Shown here piece by piece: positions 17,260-27,177 of a DNA stretch of 64,000 bases (positions are counted from its first letter, which is position 1; each line of letters begins with the position of its first letter). Made by a program: the position numbers and the translations under genes. The DNA is from a virus, in the IMG/VR virus record IMGVR_UViG_3300042564_004498, positions 1-64,000 of that record, one strand, 5' to 3'. Below the pieces are notes generated by a model. It worked only from the letters and a program-made list of their open reading frames with translations. It was not told the origin of the DNA and searched no databases.

Positions 17260-17874
17260 TTAATTCTTACGAGTTGATAAATAACCTGCCAATCTTTCTG
17301 ATTTTTTTTTAAAGAATTCTAAATTTTCTTCAGTTATTTCAGTTGGTTTCAAATAATCGACACCTATTGACCCCATTAATTTTCCTGACCCAAAATCAAA
17401 TAACCCAACAATATAAGATGATTTAGCTCCTGTTGCCTCAGCACCTGTTTTTAACCCAAAAGTGGCGACTGTGGGGTCATCATAATTTGAAATCTCAACA
17501 AATCCTGTGTTCATCATTTCAATAAAAAATCTTGAATATAATGAGATTGGGATATTTGTAAATATGTTTGATACAGGTAAAACACCAGGTCCATCAACTT
17601 CATACACTACAGAAAATTTTTGCATGGACTTATTTGAATGCAAAAAATGTCCTCCATTATGTATTTGGGTGACCCAAACTCTATCACAATCTAAATTATT
17701 TAAAATATCTTCTATTTCTGTTGTTATTTTTTCAATCGAAATCATTTCGATTTGTAATTCGTCTTTTGGGGTTTTTAATTTTTTTTGTACCCACAATATT
17801 GCCGCAGGCCCTAATAAGGCGGTAATTAGTGCTACAATAACACTTCCAAAAATTTCTATCATATGTTGGGTCAT
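17260..17874 (-). CDS. TM + GAF-like domain protein, putative T4 gpT-type holin
   Basis: N-terminal TM; DRVWVTQIHNGG...KFSVVYE...GSIGVDY. Confidence 0.55.
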   Translation of the reverse strand: MTQHMIEIFGSVIVALITALLGPAAILWVQKKLKTPKDELQIEMISIEKITTEIEDILNNLDCDRVWVTQIHNGGHFLHSNKSMQKFSVVYEVDGPGVLPVSNIFTNIPISLYSRFFIEMMNTGFVEISNYDDPTVATFGLKTGAEATGAKSSYIVGLFDFGSGKLMGSIGVDYLKPTEITEENLEFFKKKSERLAGYLSTRKN

Positions 17875-18048
17875 TTACTTTATTGGTTTAAAGTTATTAA
17901 TAAATATGAAAGAGTCTTAAAAAAAGGATAATTTTGTAATTTTAATGGAAAATTTGTCTTTTGGTAAAGAAGGAAATAATTATTATTCTTATAGAATAAT
18001 AATATAATATTAAAATATAAAAAAATAAAATACTAGTACTAGAACTAG

Positions 18049-18300
18049 TTATACAAAATCTACACAACACTCAAAACCTAACACACCCTCCAAAGTTTTT
18101 TGGACTGTTGTTGGTCTATATGTTTCTCTTTCTAATAGTGATTTAATTTGGACAAATAATGCAAATGAATCAGGAACCCACTTACTTAAACTTTCATCAT
18201 ACTTAAAAGTTGGTGTCATGTCAAAATCACATATTGTCATACCACTAAATGATATGTCCAAAACCGATTCACATAGTTTTTTTATTCTATTTTTGTCCAT
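18049..18300 (-). CDS. hypothetical protein
   Basis: ORF. Confidence 0.6.
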   Translation of the reverse strand: MDKNRIKKLCESVLDISFSGMTICDFDMTPTFKYDESLSKWVPDSFALFVQIKSLLERETYRPTTVQKTLEGVLGFECCVDFV

Positions 18301-18665
18301 GTCATATTGGAATTTAAAATTGCAGAATAAAGGTGTTTTTTATTCCATGAGGTAGGTTCAATCAAAGAAAGATATCTCCCACCATTATTATCTTCATATA
18401 AGTGATATATCTCACCTACAATCGGTTCAAATCTATAAGACGACTCATAGACCTCTTGGGTAATAATAAACGATTTTTGGAGGGTTTCCACTTCTTTAAT
18501 CAACTCTTTATATCGTGTATCAAATATTTTGTTCGCTTTGTCCGTTCCATTTCTTTTAAATGGTGTTAAATCGGTAGGTACAATCTTTGGAGCCCCCACA
18601 TGATGGGGATATTCCATTAAATTTGGTTTAAGTTCAACCTTGTCGATGTGTGATTGTGTAGACAT
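18282..18665 (-). CDS. DUF2452-like protein
   Basis: YPHHVGAPKI...FEPIVGEIYHLY...LSLIEP. Confidence 0.65.
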   Translation of the reverse strand: MSTQSHIDKVELKPNLMEYPHHVGAPKIVPTDLTPFKRNGTDKANKIFDTRYKELIKEVETLQKSFIITQEVYESSYRFEPIVGEIYHLYEDNNGGRYLSLIEPTSWNKKHLYSAILNSNMTWTKIE

Positions 18666-18723
18666 AAAAAAAGCCCCATTGAGTGGGGCTTAAATTATAA
18701 TTATTATTTTGGTAATGTTCAAG

Positions 18724-19221
18724 TTATTGTCCTTTAATCATTCCAATTCCGTGTTTTAAAAACTCTTTTGCTCTTTGAGACACATGTTGCATTCCATAAA
18801 CTTTTTCAATGTCTTTAACTAACTCTTCTCCGTGTTCGTTCTCTTTGTAAAGTTCAATAATTTTGTCCATCGCTCTATTACATTCTCTTTTAGTTTCATC
18901 AAAATAATTGTAAGGCTTAAAGTCTTTTAAGTGGTTCATAACATGATATGCCAAATGTTCCCCACCATCGGAAACTTTTGGATGAAGTCTTAATGTTTTT
19001 AATAGTTCAAGTCTATCAACCAATCCGTTGATTCCACCTTTTCTTATTTTAACACCTTGGATATAATCTTCGGCGTCTTCGTCACCAACAATCTCCTCTA
19101 AAGTTTTAACATTCCCACCATGGCAGAATTTTTTGTCTTCTTCTTTTTTTGATTGTTCCGAAATATAAAGTTTTTTTATTGACTCTATTTCTGATTCTGT
19201 AATTTCAAATCTTTTACTCAT
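18724..19221 (-). CDS. leader-bearing hypothetical protein
   Basis: MSKRFEITESE...ISEQ; TATTTAT upstream. Confidence 0.75.
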   Translation of the reverse strand: MSKRFEITESEIESIKKLYISEQSKKEEDKKFCHGGNVKTLEEIVGDEDAEDYIQGVKIRKGGINGLVDRLELLKTLRLHPKVSDGGEHLAYHVMNHLKDFKPYNYFDETKRECNRAMDKIIELYKENEHGEELVKDIEKVYGMQHVSQRAKEFLKHGIGMIKGQ

Positions 19222-19283
19222 AACAATAAATATACAGATGTTTAATTAAATTTAAACCATTGGAATTCATTGTATTTATCAAT

Positions 19284-19919
19284 ATGAAAAAAATAGTAAT
19301 ATTCATAGGTATTATACTCATAGGTATAACCTCAAATGCTCAAGACCTTATCACAATTAAACATACAAACTATACAAGTACATTTAGTAAATCAAAAATG
19401 TATCCTGTGGTTGTTGAATGGTGGTTAACAAAATCTATGATTACATGTCCAACACCATTAAAAAGAAAAAATAATTTTAAACCCGACCCTCAAGCAATAA
19501 CAGAAACAAATATTGCTCAAGATTATGTTGGTAGTGGGGTAGACAGAGGTCATATGATGCCCGCCGCAGAGAATCTTTGTCAAACACAATTAATACAAGA
19601 TGAATGTTTTTATTTTTCAAACATGTCACCTCAATACCATTCATTAAATGCTGGTGATTGGAAATCTGTTGAGACTTTAGAAAGAGAAATTTCAATAAAA
19701 GAAGATTCAATACATATTTGGTGTGGAAATATCGGAGAAATAAAACGAATAGGTAGGGTTGCGGTTCCAAAACAATGCTGGAAAGTAATTTACATTAAGA
19801 AAACAAAAACATTTAAATCTTATTTGTTTTACAACACCATAAATAAACCTGATGGTATTAAAAATAATTTGGTTAAATTAGAAGTTATTGAAAAATTAAC
19901 TGGATTAAAATTTAAATAA
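19284..19919 (+). CDS. secreted DNA/RNA non-specific endonuclease (NucA/EndoG family)
   Basis: Signal peptide MKKIVIF...SNA; DRGHMMP, SNMSPQ...LN.G.W..E, VAVP..WK. Confidence 0.88.
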   Translation: MKKIVIFIGIILIGITSNAQDLITIKHTNYTSTFSKSKMYPVVVEWWLTKSMITCPTPLKRKNNFKPDPQAITETNIAQDYVGSGVDRGHMMPAAENLCQTQLIQDECFYFSNMSPQYHSLNAGDWKSVETLEREISIKEDSIHIWCGNIGEIKRIGRVAVPKQCWKVIYIKKTKTFKSYLFYNTINKPDGIKNNLVKLEVIEKLTGLKFK

Positions 19920-19945
19920 AAAACCCCCTTAATAGGGGGTTGTTG

Positions 19946-20143
19946 TTAAAATAATTTTTGAGTATCGTTATACAATCGTTTCATACTTGACTCAATTACA
20001 TTGATTTGTCGTTGGTCTTCCTCTGTAACTTCAAAACTTTTAGCTTTAATCAATCTTACTTGCTCTTGAAGTCTTTGATATCTCAAAAGCATATCATCAT
20101 ATAATTTTGCTTTTTCTTGTTGTGTTAAATGTTGTGCTCCCAT
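19946..20143 (-). CDS. small coiled-coil hypothetical protein
   Basis: ORF. Confidence 0.6.
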   Translation of the reverse strand: MGAQHLTQQEKAKLYDDMLLRYQRLQEQVRLIKAKSFEVTEEDQRQINVIESSMKRLYNDTQKLF

Positions 20144-20185
20144 TTTGTTTTTTTTTATAATTTACTAATAAAAATTAAATTGTCA

Positions 20186-20470
20186 TTAGTTTTCGTATTT
20201 TATATTTGAGAAAGTTTTATTTATCTCATCTAAATTGTGAAAAATCCTAGTTTTTAATTCTGTGTGAATTTGTTTACCTGATTTTAACATGGACATAAGT
20301 TCATCCATCTTAGAGATTATGTCATTAACCGCATCTTCAATATCGGAGTTTCCATTATCCGAAGATGTTGTCATAGGTTGACTATAAATATCTAAATCCA
20401 TTGCTGCGGTGTTTGACGCTTGTTCTACCAATTTTTGATATTGTGATTTAGTTAGAATGTATTTAGACAT
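20186..20470 (-). CDS. leader-bearing hypothetical protein
   Basis: MSKYILTKSQYQKLVEQ. Confidence 0.7.
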   Translation of the reverse strand: MSKYILTKSQYQKLVEQASNTAAMDLDIYSQPMTTSSDNGNSDIEDAVNDIISKMDELMSMLKSGKQIHTELKTRIFHNLDEINKTFSNIKYEN

Positions 20471-20518
20471 ATTTTTGTTTATATTTATAAATACTAAATA
20501 AACTAGTATTTCTTTATT

Positions 20519-20851
20519 ATGATAACAATAAGTGAAAAAGCATTAAACCATGTTATTGGATTAATGATTGAAGATGGTAAGACACCTGACACCTATAACC
20601 TTAGAGTGGGTGTTAAAGGTGGCGGATGTAGTGGATTATCTTACATTATGGAATTTGACGATAAAATCACAGAATTTGATAAAATTGTTGATTTAGATGG
20701 TGGATTAAAAGTATTAATTGATAAAAAATCTCTTTTATATTTAATAGGGACCACATTAGATTATTCTGATGGGTTAAATGGTAAAGGGTTTGAGTGGATT
20801 AATCCTCAGGCTTCTCGTGTTTGTGGTTGTGGGGAGTCTTTTTCTCTTTAG
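20519..20851 (+). CDS. iscA: A-type Fe-S cluster carrier (IscA/HesB family)
   Basis: LRVGVKGGGCSGLSY ... NP.A...CGCGESF. Confidence 0.92.
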   Translation: MITISEKALNHVIGLMIEDGKTPDTYNLRVGVKGGGCSGLSYIMEFDDKITEFDKIVDLDGGLKVLIDKKSLLYLIGTTLDYSDGLNGKGFEWINPQASRVCGCGESFSL

Positions 20852-21026
20852 AATCTTTCCAATCTAACCACATCGCCCAAATTACGATAATATTCATACC
20901 AAAAGATGTTAATATTTCATAAATGTCTTCATAAATGTTAATACTTAAATGGATGTGTCCGACAACCCAAAAAGGAACTGCTAAATTTGAACCAACCCAT
21001 CTTATTATAAATTTAAATGCTTCCAT
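20799..21026 (-). CDS. small membrane protein
   Basis: Two hydrophobic segments from MEAFKF. Confidence 0.5.
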   Translation of the reverse strand: MEAFKFIIRWVGSNLAVPFWVVGHIHLSINIYEDIYEILTSFGMNIIVIWAMWLDWKDSKEKKTPHNHKHEKPED

Positions 21027-21477
21027 GTTCAACAATATAATTTTCAAGTGTAACATTTTGAGATTCACTTTTTAATGACAAATATTTTTTTATTAGATAA
21101 TAACTATACCCATATCGTTCTTTTAACGACCATTTATAGTTAGTATTTCTTATTACTCCATCAATAAAATATTCCATATTACTATTTTTACGAGATATTT
21201 GATATACATTTAATTCTGTAATATCCTCAAACCATTTTTTAAGTATTTTTTGGTATTGATGGAAATCTAATGAGAATATGCTAAAATAAGAACTGAAATA
21301 TTTTTGATTATACCATAATTTCCCATCACTTGTAAAATGAAAATACCATTCTTTGGTATCAATATCTAACAACCATAGTTCTCTCCCAAATGGGTGATAG
21401 ATTTTATTTGATAAATCAGAATCTAATTTGCCAAAAATAATTTTTTGTAGTCTTTTACTTTGGAGTACGTCTACCAT
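21013..21477 (-). CDS. hypothetical protein, paralog family A
   Basis: WLLDIDTKEWYF...GKLWYN shared with 48880, 52714, 54800. Confidence 0.7.
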   Translation of the reverse strand: MVDVLQSKRLQKIIFGKLDSDLSNKIYHPFGRELWLLDIDTKEWYFHFTSDGKLWYNQKYFSSYFSIFSLDFHQYQKILKKWFEDITELNVYQISRKNSNMEYFIDGVIRNTNYKWSLKERYGYSYYLIKKYLSLKSESQNVTLENYIVEHGSI

Positions 21478-21491
21478 AAAAATAGGGTTTA

Positions 21492-21827
21492 TTAGTTTCT
21501 CCACATATAGATAAGACGACCTTCGGGGTTAAAAACATTAAAACCTATTGCCACTTTATCTTCAATATTAAAATAAGGAAAATATTTTTTAAGATGATGA
21601 CTGACTAAAAAATGAGGGTCAAAGTCTTTATCATACATATTTTTTTTTGTAATTGAATCGTCGTTTAAAAATATATTAATATCAAATCTATCCCATTCGG
21701 TCCCAAATGTTTCTTCGTCTAAATCGTCATAACGAATGACAATACGGTCAATCATAGGATATATCTCTTTGATAACACTAGAATTAAGTAATTTAGTTAG
21801 TCCTTTTATTTTATATTGCTCTATCAT
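21492..21827 (-). CDS. hypothetical protein
   Basis: ORF. Confidence 0.65.
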   Translation of the reverse strand: MIEQYKIKGLTKLLNSSVIKEIYPMIDRIVIRYDDLDEETFGTEWDRFDINIFLNDDSITKKNMYDKDFDPHFLVSHHLKKYFPYFNIEDKVAIGFNVFNPEGRLIYMWRN

Positions 21828-21829
21828 TA

Positions 21830-22195
21830 TTAATCAATTGTTTTAACTGGTAAATTAAAATTTTTCATAAACCAATTTTTAAATGGTTCATTCCACATAT
21901 CACCAAAATAACCGTTTAATTTCCTTACATAATCATCACCAATAGTAACCATTGGACACTTTTCACTTGCAGGACTATTAGGGTTAAAGTAATCACATTC
22001 GTACCAATAAAAACATCCTTCATCATCCCCATCATAATCTCCAATATAAAATACTACTCGATTAGTATCATCCCACTCTTCACCTGTTTCATCATCATAT
22101 TCAACAGGGTGTGTCCAATTAATATCATTAAAAAGTTCCTTAATGTAATTAGTAATTGTCTCGTCTAATTTAGATTCTGTAATTATGTATTTCAT
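21830..22195 (-). CDS. leader-bearing protein, paralog family B
   Basis: MKYIITESKL; C-term KNWFMKNFNLPVKTI. Confidence 0.75.
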   Translation of the reverse strand: MKYIITESKLDETITNYIKELFNDINWTHPVEYDDETGEEWDDTNRVVFYIGDYDGDDEGCFYWYECDYFNPNSPASEKCPMVTIGDDYVRKLNGYFGDMWNEPFKNWFMKNFNLPVKTID

Positions 22196-22196
22196 T

Positions 22197-22460
22197 TTAA
22201 TCTTCTAATAATTCCCAAGTCACACCTAACCAATAGTCACGACCTTCTTTTAATCCGGTATATCCGGTAACCAATTCAATGATATTTTCCATGTCAAATG
22301 GGTGATTATAATTATTCGCCTCGTACACTAATTCAAAATAAGGATAATCACCATCATAGGCTGACCTTATTTCTTTTACAATTCTAATTAGAGGATAAGG
22401 ATGAACAGTACTTTGGTCAAAAAATGCATCCAATAATTTTTGAACTTTTGTACTATCCAT
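22197..22460 (-). CDS. hypothetical protein
   Basis: ORF from MDSTKVQK. Confidence 0.6.
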   Translation of the reverse strand: MDSTKVQKLLDAFFDQSTVHPYPLIRIVKEIRSAYDGDYPYFELVYEANNYNHPFDMENIIELVTGYTGLKEGRDYWLGVTWELLED

Positions 22461-22467
22461 GTCTATA

Positions 22468-23205
22468 TTATGCCAAATCTGATTTTGATTTATCATCTAA
22501 AGAAGCATAAATTGGCTCCGATTTTTGTCTTGTAGATTGAGCAAGTTGTTTTACAGAATTTTCATAATCTTTTGAAGACGCATATCTTTGACCTCCAGAG
22601 TTAACAAAATTATTTAACAAATCTGACGCTGTTTTATTTCCTGCCAAATATTTTCTAGCGATTAAATCATAATATGTTTGAATACCACTTTGGACTGACC
22701 CATGACTAATATTTTTCCCTGAATCAATATTCCCAACATTAAATGGGTTTTTTGTTCTAATAGGTCTTGCTTTTGGGTTACTCGAAAAACCTCCTTCAGT
22801 CGCCAATTGGGCCAATGCCAATTCCGCAGGAACATATTTTTTGTATTGATTATAAGTATTTTTTGCCGCATCCGCCAACATAGAACCGGTAATACCTAAA
22901 AGATTTGATGACCTATTTGTAATAAAATTATCTGCAATTTTTTGATAGGCCTTATACCCTTCAGAAGTATTAAGGTCTAATGTTTTAAATGTGGTATCAC
23001 CTCCTTTAATTATTGGAGACCCTGCTGAACTTTTATCAAAAGTTTTAGATTGTGTTGTACTATCTGAGGATTGTGTTGTGGAATCAGAATCACCAGTTGA
23101 TAACATATTTTTAATAAATTTACTAAGGGAATCATCCCCTATTTGTTCTGAGATTAGATTAACTAATTCTTGTCTTGTAAGTCTTACGACATATTTTTTT
23201 CCCAT
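22468..23205 (-). CDS. leader-bearing glucosaminidase/lysozyme-like protein (GH73-like)
   Basis: LALAQLATEGG...KNPFNVG...RYASSKDYE. Confidence 0.65.
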   Translation of the reverse strand: MGKKYVVRLTRQELVNLISEQIGDDSLSKFIKNMLSTGDSDSTTQSSDSTTQSKTFDKSSAGSPIIKGGDTTFKTLDLNTSEGYKAYQKIADNFITNRSSNLLGITGSMLADAAKNTYNQYKKYVPAELALAQLATEGGFSSNPKARPIRTKNPFNVGNIDSGKNISHGSVQSGIQTYYDLIARKYLAGNKTASDLLNNFVNSGGQRYASSKDYENSVKQLAQSTRQKSEPIYASLDDKSKSDLA

Positions 23206-23226
23206 ACATATAAATATACTATTTTA

Positions 23227-23667
23227 TCATATAAATAAATTCTCAACTATAACAAATCCCACCAATCCTTCAATATAGTTCACAATTTGTTCTTCAGTAT
23301 ATTCATTTAATGGCCTAAAATTAATTTCACCCTCAACGCTGTCATCAGGCATAAATCTTAAATCTTCAAGAACTTTTAAATTTTCAAGTCTAATAACATA
23401 TCTATCCACAGTTTCATCCAAGATAACATTATACCCACCATTTAACATTTTTCTATGACTATCGTAATGTTCAGGATGTAATAGTCCCTCAAGAGCAGGA
23501 GACATTGTTATGGTATCAGCGCCTCCTCTAAAAGAAGATTTGTGAATTTTTGATGATACCTCAATAAACTTTTCAATTAAGGTTTTATTCCATTTTAATT
23601 GTAATCCAACTTCAGGTTCGTTATGTTCTTTCCATCCCATAAAATCCCAAGTAATAATATTTTCCAT
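23227..23667 (-). CDS. hypothetical protein
   Basis: ORF. Confidence 0.7.
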   Translation of the reverse strand: MENIITWDFMGWKEHNEPEVGLQLKWNKTLIEKFIEVSSKIHKSSFRGGADTITMSPALEGLLHPEHYDSHRKMLNGGYNVILDETVDRYVIRLENLKVLEDLRFMPDDSVEGEINFRPLNEYTEEQIVNYIEGLVGFVIVENLFI

Positions 23668-23716
23668 AGTATTGTTTTTAGATAAAAACCCCTCACGATG
23701 GAGGGGTTATAAGTTA

Positions 23717-24148
23717 TTAGATAACTGAAATTTCGTTAATTTTAGTTCCCGCTTGAATTTGATTGATAACATCTAATCCTTCAATAACTTTACCAAAACA
23801 AGTATGGTTTCCATCTAAATGTTGTGTCCCTTGTCTGTTATGACAAATAAAGAATTGGGACCCTCCTGTGTTTCTTCCTGCGTGTGCCATGGAAAGAACA
23901 CCTGTGTCGTGAAATTGTCTTGGAGCACTTACTTCACACTCAATTGTGTAACCTGGTCCACCACTACCAGTTCCATTTGGGCATCCGCCCTGAACTACGA
24001 AATTAGGAATAACTCTATGGAAATTTAACCCATCATAGAATTTTTTACCTATTAAATCTTTGAAGTTGTTTACTGTGATTGGAGTTTCATTGTCGTATAG
24101 TTCGGCAATCATATCTCCTTTGTCTGTAGAAATTTTTACTTTAGTCAT
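23717..24148 (-). CDS. cyclophilin-type peptidyl-prolyl cis-trans isomerase
   Basis: FHRVIPNFVVQGG, GVLSMAH, GSQFFI, HLDG.HT.FG.V..G. Confidence 0.95.
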   Translation of the reverse strand: MTKVKISTDKGDMIAELYDNETPITVNNFKDLIGKKFYDGLNFHRVIPNFVVQGGCPNGTGSGGPGYTIECEVSAPRQFHDTGVLSMAHAGRNTGGSQFFICHNRQGTQHLDGNHTCFGKVIEGLDVINQIQAGTKINEISVI

Positions 24149-24193
24149 ATTTTATTTTTTAAGAAAAATAGATAAAGTATTTTGTAATGTCAA

Positions 24194-24460
24194 TTAATAA
24201 TCAATGTCTGAGTTCTCCATCATTATAACTTCAACGTCTAAACCAATATAATTTTTTATTTTATTACGAATTAATGATTGGTATTTTGTTTTTGCCGCGC
24301 TCATTAAATAATTTTTTAATGGGATTAAAACATATATGGAACCAGTTGATGAAAATACAACATCAACTTTTATTGACAATGGGACTTTAATATCTTCAAC
24401 TATTTCTTTAATTGAGGATATTATTTTTTCTTTTTGTTTTTCACTAATAATTACATCCAT
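24194..24460 (-). CDS. leader-bearing hypothetical protein
   Basis: MDVIISEKQ. Confidence 0.65.
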   Translation of the reverse strand: MDVIISEKQKEKIISSIKEIVEDIKVPLSIKVDVVFSSTGSIYVLIPLKNYLMSAAKTKYQSLIRNKIKNYIGLDVEVIMMENSDIDY

Positions 24461-24461
24461 G

Positions 24462-25091
24462 TTAGTCAGTAATTTTTAATTTCATAGGTTTAAACTTTGT
24501 TTTTGGTTTTAAAGGAGGATTTAATAAAAACTTTTCATTTAACCAATTTCTTAATTCATTTTCAACAAAAAATTCAGGAACCTCTTTATCGTCAGGTTGT
24601 AAACTTGCAAGATTGGCAATATATTGTGCAAACTTTAATTTATATTTTTCATCTAACATAGTCATAAGACCATCTGAAATAAAAAATATTTTAGTTAGTG
24701 GGTCTGATAAATTCATTTCACCTTCGGCTATTTGAAATGACTTCATAATAACTTTACTCCAAAATGTTTTGTAGTTGTAAGTTTGTTCTAAACTTGGAGT
24801 TAATAGTTTGTTGGCGGCTCTCATTACACCTGCAATTGACCCCGCAATAAATAATTGAGGGATAAACCACGGGAGTAATCTTATTGTGGCTTTAACACCC
24901 CCTTGACCAACATCTTTGAAAATTTTTTTCTTTGTTGCCGACCCAACTAACGCCTTTAATTGTCCAAACGTGATTTTTCCTTGGGCCGAACAAAACTTTT
25001 CACTATTGCAAATATTTTGTTTTACCGTGGTGAAAGGTTCAATATGTTTTTTAAGTTCTTCAAACTGGTCTTGTGTTACAATATATTTCAT
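24462..25091 (-). CDS. leader-bearing hypothetical protein
   Basis: MKYIVTQDQ; TATTTAT upstream. Confidence 0.75.
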   Translation of the reverse strand: MKYIVTQDQFEELKKHIEPFTTVKQNICNSEKFCSAQGKITFGQLKALVGSATKKKIFKDVGQGGVKATIRLLPWFIPQLFIAGSIAGVMRAANKLLTPSLEQTYNYKTFWSKVIMKSFQIAEGEMNLSDPLTKIFFISDGLMTMLDEKYKLKFAQYIANLASLQPDDKEVPEFFVENELRNWLNEKFLLNPPLKPKTKFKPMKLKITD

Positions 25092-25160
25092 TACATATAA
25101 ATACCATAATAAATAAAAAACCCTCCATAGGAGAGTTTATGTTTCATTATATGAAATTAA

Positions 25161-25793
25161 TTATTGTTGACCAGCTCTTCTTTGATTTCTTCTTGCTTGT
25201 CTTGCTAGTCTTTGGTCAAATCTACCTTGTTGTCTAATTTGTTGTGGAGTTAATTGACCACTTAATGCTTGTTGACTTGTTTGAGATAATGCCGGTTGTG
25301 TTGTTGTTGCAGGAGCCGCTTGTGTTTGACCAACTTCAGTCCCTAATACTTCATCTGATGTTTGAGCTACGGGTTGTGCGGTTGTTGTGGCGGCTGGTGC
25401 TGCGGTTGTTGTGGCGGCTGGTGCTGCGGTTGTTGTAGCGGCTGGTGCCGTTGTTCCTGTTGCAGGCGCTGCCGTTGTCGCTGCCGGCGCCCCTGTTATA
25501 GGATTAGGTTTGTTTTCAAAATCTTTTCCCATTTGAGAAAAAGTTTCTTTAAATTTATCCACACTAGCTTGAGTGGACTTCATTGTTTTTGAAAGTGCTG
25601 TCAAAGTATTTTGACCTAAAATTCCATCAACTTTTAACCCTGTATTATATTTGGTGTTTAACAGTGTTTGTATCTTCATGATTTTTGCTTTATCATCCAA
25701 CGGTGGTGTTGATTGTTCTTTAAGTAATTTAGCATTATTATGAAGATTTAATATCTCTTTTTTTTCTGATTCGCTTATATTGAAAATTCCCAT
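25161..25793 (-). CDS. leader + PG-binding-like segment + Ala/Thr-rich linker protein
   Basis: FNISESEKKEIL...LKEQ; LKVDGILGQNT; AAPAATTT repeats. Confidence 0.7.
   Translation of the reverse strand: MGIFNISESEKKEILNLHNNAKLLKEQSTPPLDDKAKIMKIQTLLNTKYNTGLKVDGILGQNTLTALSKTMKSTQASVDKFKETFSQMGKDFENKPNPITGAPAATTAAPATGTTAPAATTTAAPAATTTAAPAATTTAQPVAQTSDEVLGTEVGQTQAAPATTTQPALSQTSQQALSGQLTPQQIRQQGRFDQRLARQARRNQRRAGQQ
25377..25449. repeat. 24-bp coding tandem repeat (about 3 copies)
   Basis: tgcggttgttgt(g/a)gcggctggtgc repeated. Confidence 0.85.
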
Positions 25794-25821
25794 TTTGTTT
25801 TTTTTATTTATTTTAAATTTA

Positions 25822-26574
25822 TTATTGAGCTAATGACGCTAATATTTTATCCAAATCTGGTTTTCCATTTGCGTCAGTAGGAAATGTTTGTGTTGTTTGA
25901 ACTTCTTGTGAAGTTTCACTATTAACATCATTACCTCCTAATCTTTGAAGTATTGAGTCTAATTCTTGACTTGACAATTTTCCTGATGGATTACTTCCAA
26001 TAGCAGTTTGAATATCCTGAGCTAATGGCACCAAATTTGTAGGATTAGTATAAGATTTTACTCTGTCTTTTTTTACTTTAAATTCTGTATCACAAGTATA
26101 TCCGGTCATTGTACCATTTGCAAGTTTTTTTCTACCAGCATTATAATAAATTGTACCATTAATTTCGTACGCAGTGGTTCTATCTTTTAAAACAAGTTTT
26201 TTTGCTCCAGGTTGTATAGGAACACATTTTAAATCTGTTGTCCAACGAGCCTCTCTTTTATTTAATTCTTCTTCGGTTGGAGTTGTTGAGGATGTTGTTT
26301 TAGGTTTAATTGGGAACTCAGAAGTTTTAACTCTTTTTGTTCCACTTCCCTGATAATATTTTTCTTCCCCCTTTGGTATTTTACCGGAGTCTCTGTATTC
26401 CTGAAAGGTTATGTTTCTATACTCATCCTGCTCTAGTATTGACTCAAGTTTAGTTATCACACCATTATTGGGTGTACCAACAACAGATTGTTCAGAGATA
26501 ACAGTTCCCGCTTTTGCATTAATAAGATTTTTCATCTTATTAAGTTCTTCAAATATATTAGTTTTTTGATTCAC
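25822..26574 (-). CDS. leader-bearing hypothetical protein
   Basis: IFEELNKMKNL...ISEQSVVGTPN. Confidence 0.7.
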   Translation of the reverse strand: MNQKTNIFEELNKMKNLINAKAGTVISEQSVVGTPNNGVITKLESILEQDEYRNITFQEYRDSGKIPKGEEKYYQGSGTKRVKTSEFPIKPKTTSSTTPTEEELNKREARWTTDLKCVPIQPGAKKLVLKDRTTAYEINGTIYYNAGRKKLANGTMTGYTCDTEFKVKKDRVKSYTNPTNLVPLAQDIQTAIGSNPSGKLSSQELDSILQRLGGNDVNSETSQEVQTTQTFPTDANGKPDLDKILASLAQ

Positions 26575-26613
26575 AATAATTTTATTTATAAATATGGTTA
26601 ATCTTCATAATTG

Positions 26614-26892
26614 TTATTTTGTTTTTAACTCCCAATTACTCTCCATAATGAATTTAAATTGACTTTCTGAGACGATATAAGTTTTAGACTCTGTAATATC
26701 GTGATTACGTTTTAATTTTATTTTCATTAATCCAATAACAATTTCAAATTTTTTAAATTCTTCCGACCTTGGGGTAATAGAATACTCTTTATTAAATTCA
26801 TTAATTTCTTTAATAGTGTCGGATAATTGCTCACGACTTTCACAAGAAACTAATTTCTTAATAAGTGATGTATATTCTTGTCTTTTATTCAT
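26614..26892 (-). CDS. hypothetical protein with leader-like motif at C-terminus
   Basis: ...ITESKTYIVSESQFKFIMES. Confidence 0.65.
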   Translation of the reverse strand: MNKRQEYTSLIKKLVSCESREQLSDTIKEINEFNKEYSITPRSEEFKKFEIVIGLMKIKLKRNHDITESKTYIVSESQFKFIMESNWELKTK

Positions 26893-26948
26893 ATTAATAA
26901 ATAGTCTTTAAAATAAAAAACCCTCCATAGGAGGGTTTCTGTTTATTG

Positions 26949-27146
26949 TTATTTCTTGAGTTTTGTTTTGGTGAGGAAATATCTCACATTTTCGTAATTA
27001 AAGAAATGGGTACCCAATACATAACTTGGGTTTCTAAGAGTTTCAAATGTTTGTTGTTCTGTCTGTGTTGTTAGAACAATTTTATTTTCTCCAAATTTAA
27101 TAGTGTTATAATTTTCCATATTAGAAATATAAGAAAATTTATTCAC
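26949..27146 (-). CDS. hypothetical protein
   Basis: ORF; start uncertain. Confidence 0.45.
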   Translation of the reverse strand: MNKFSYISNMENYNTIKFGENKIVLTTQTEQQTFETLRNPSYVLGTHFFNYENVRYFLTKTKLKK

Positions 27147-27177
27147 ATATTAAACCTTTATCTTGGATGTTTCCATA

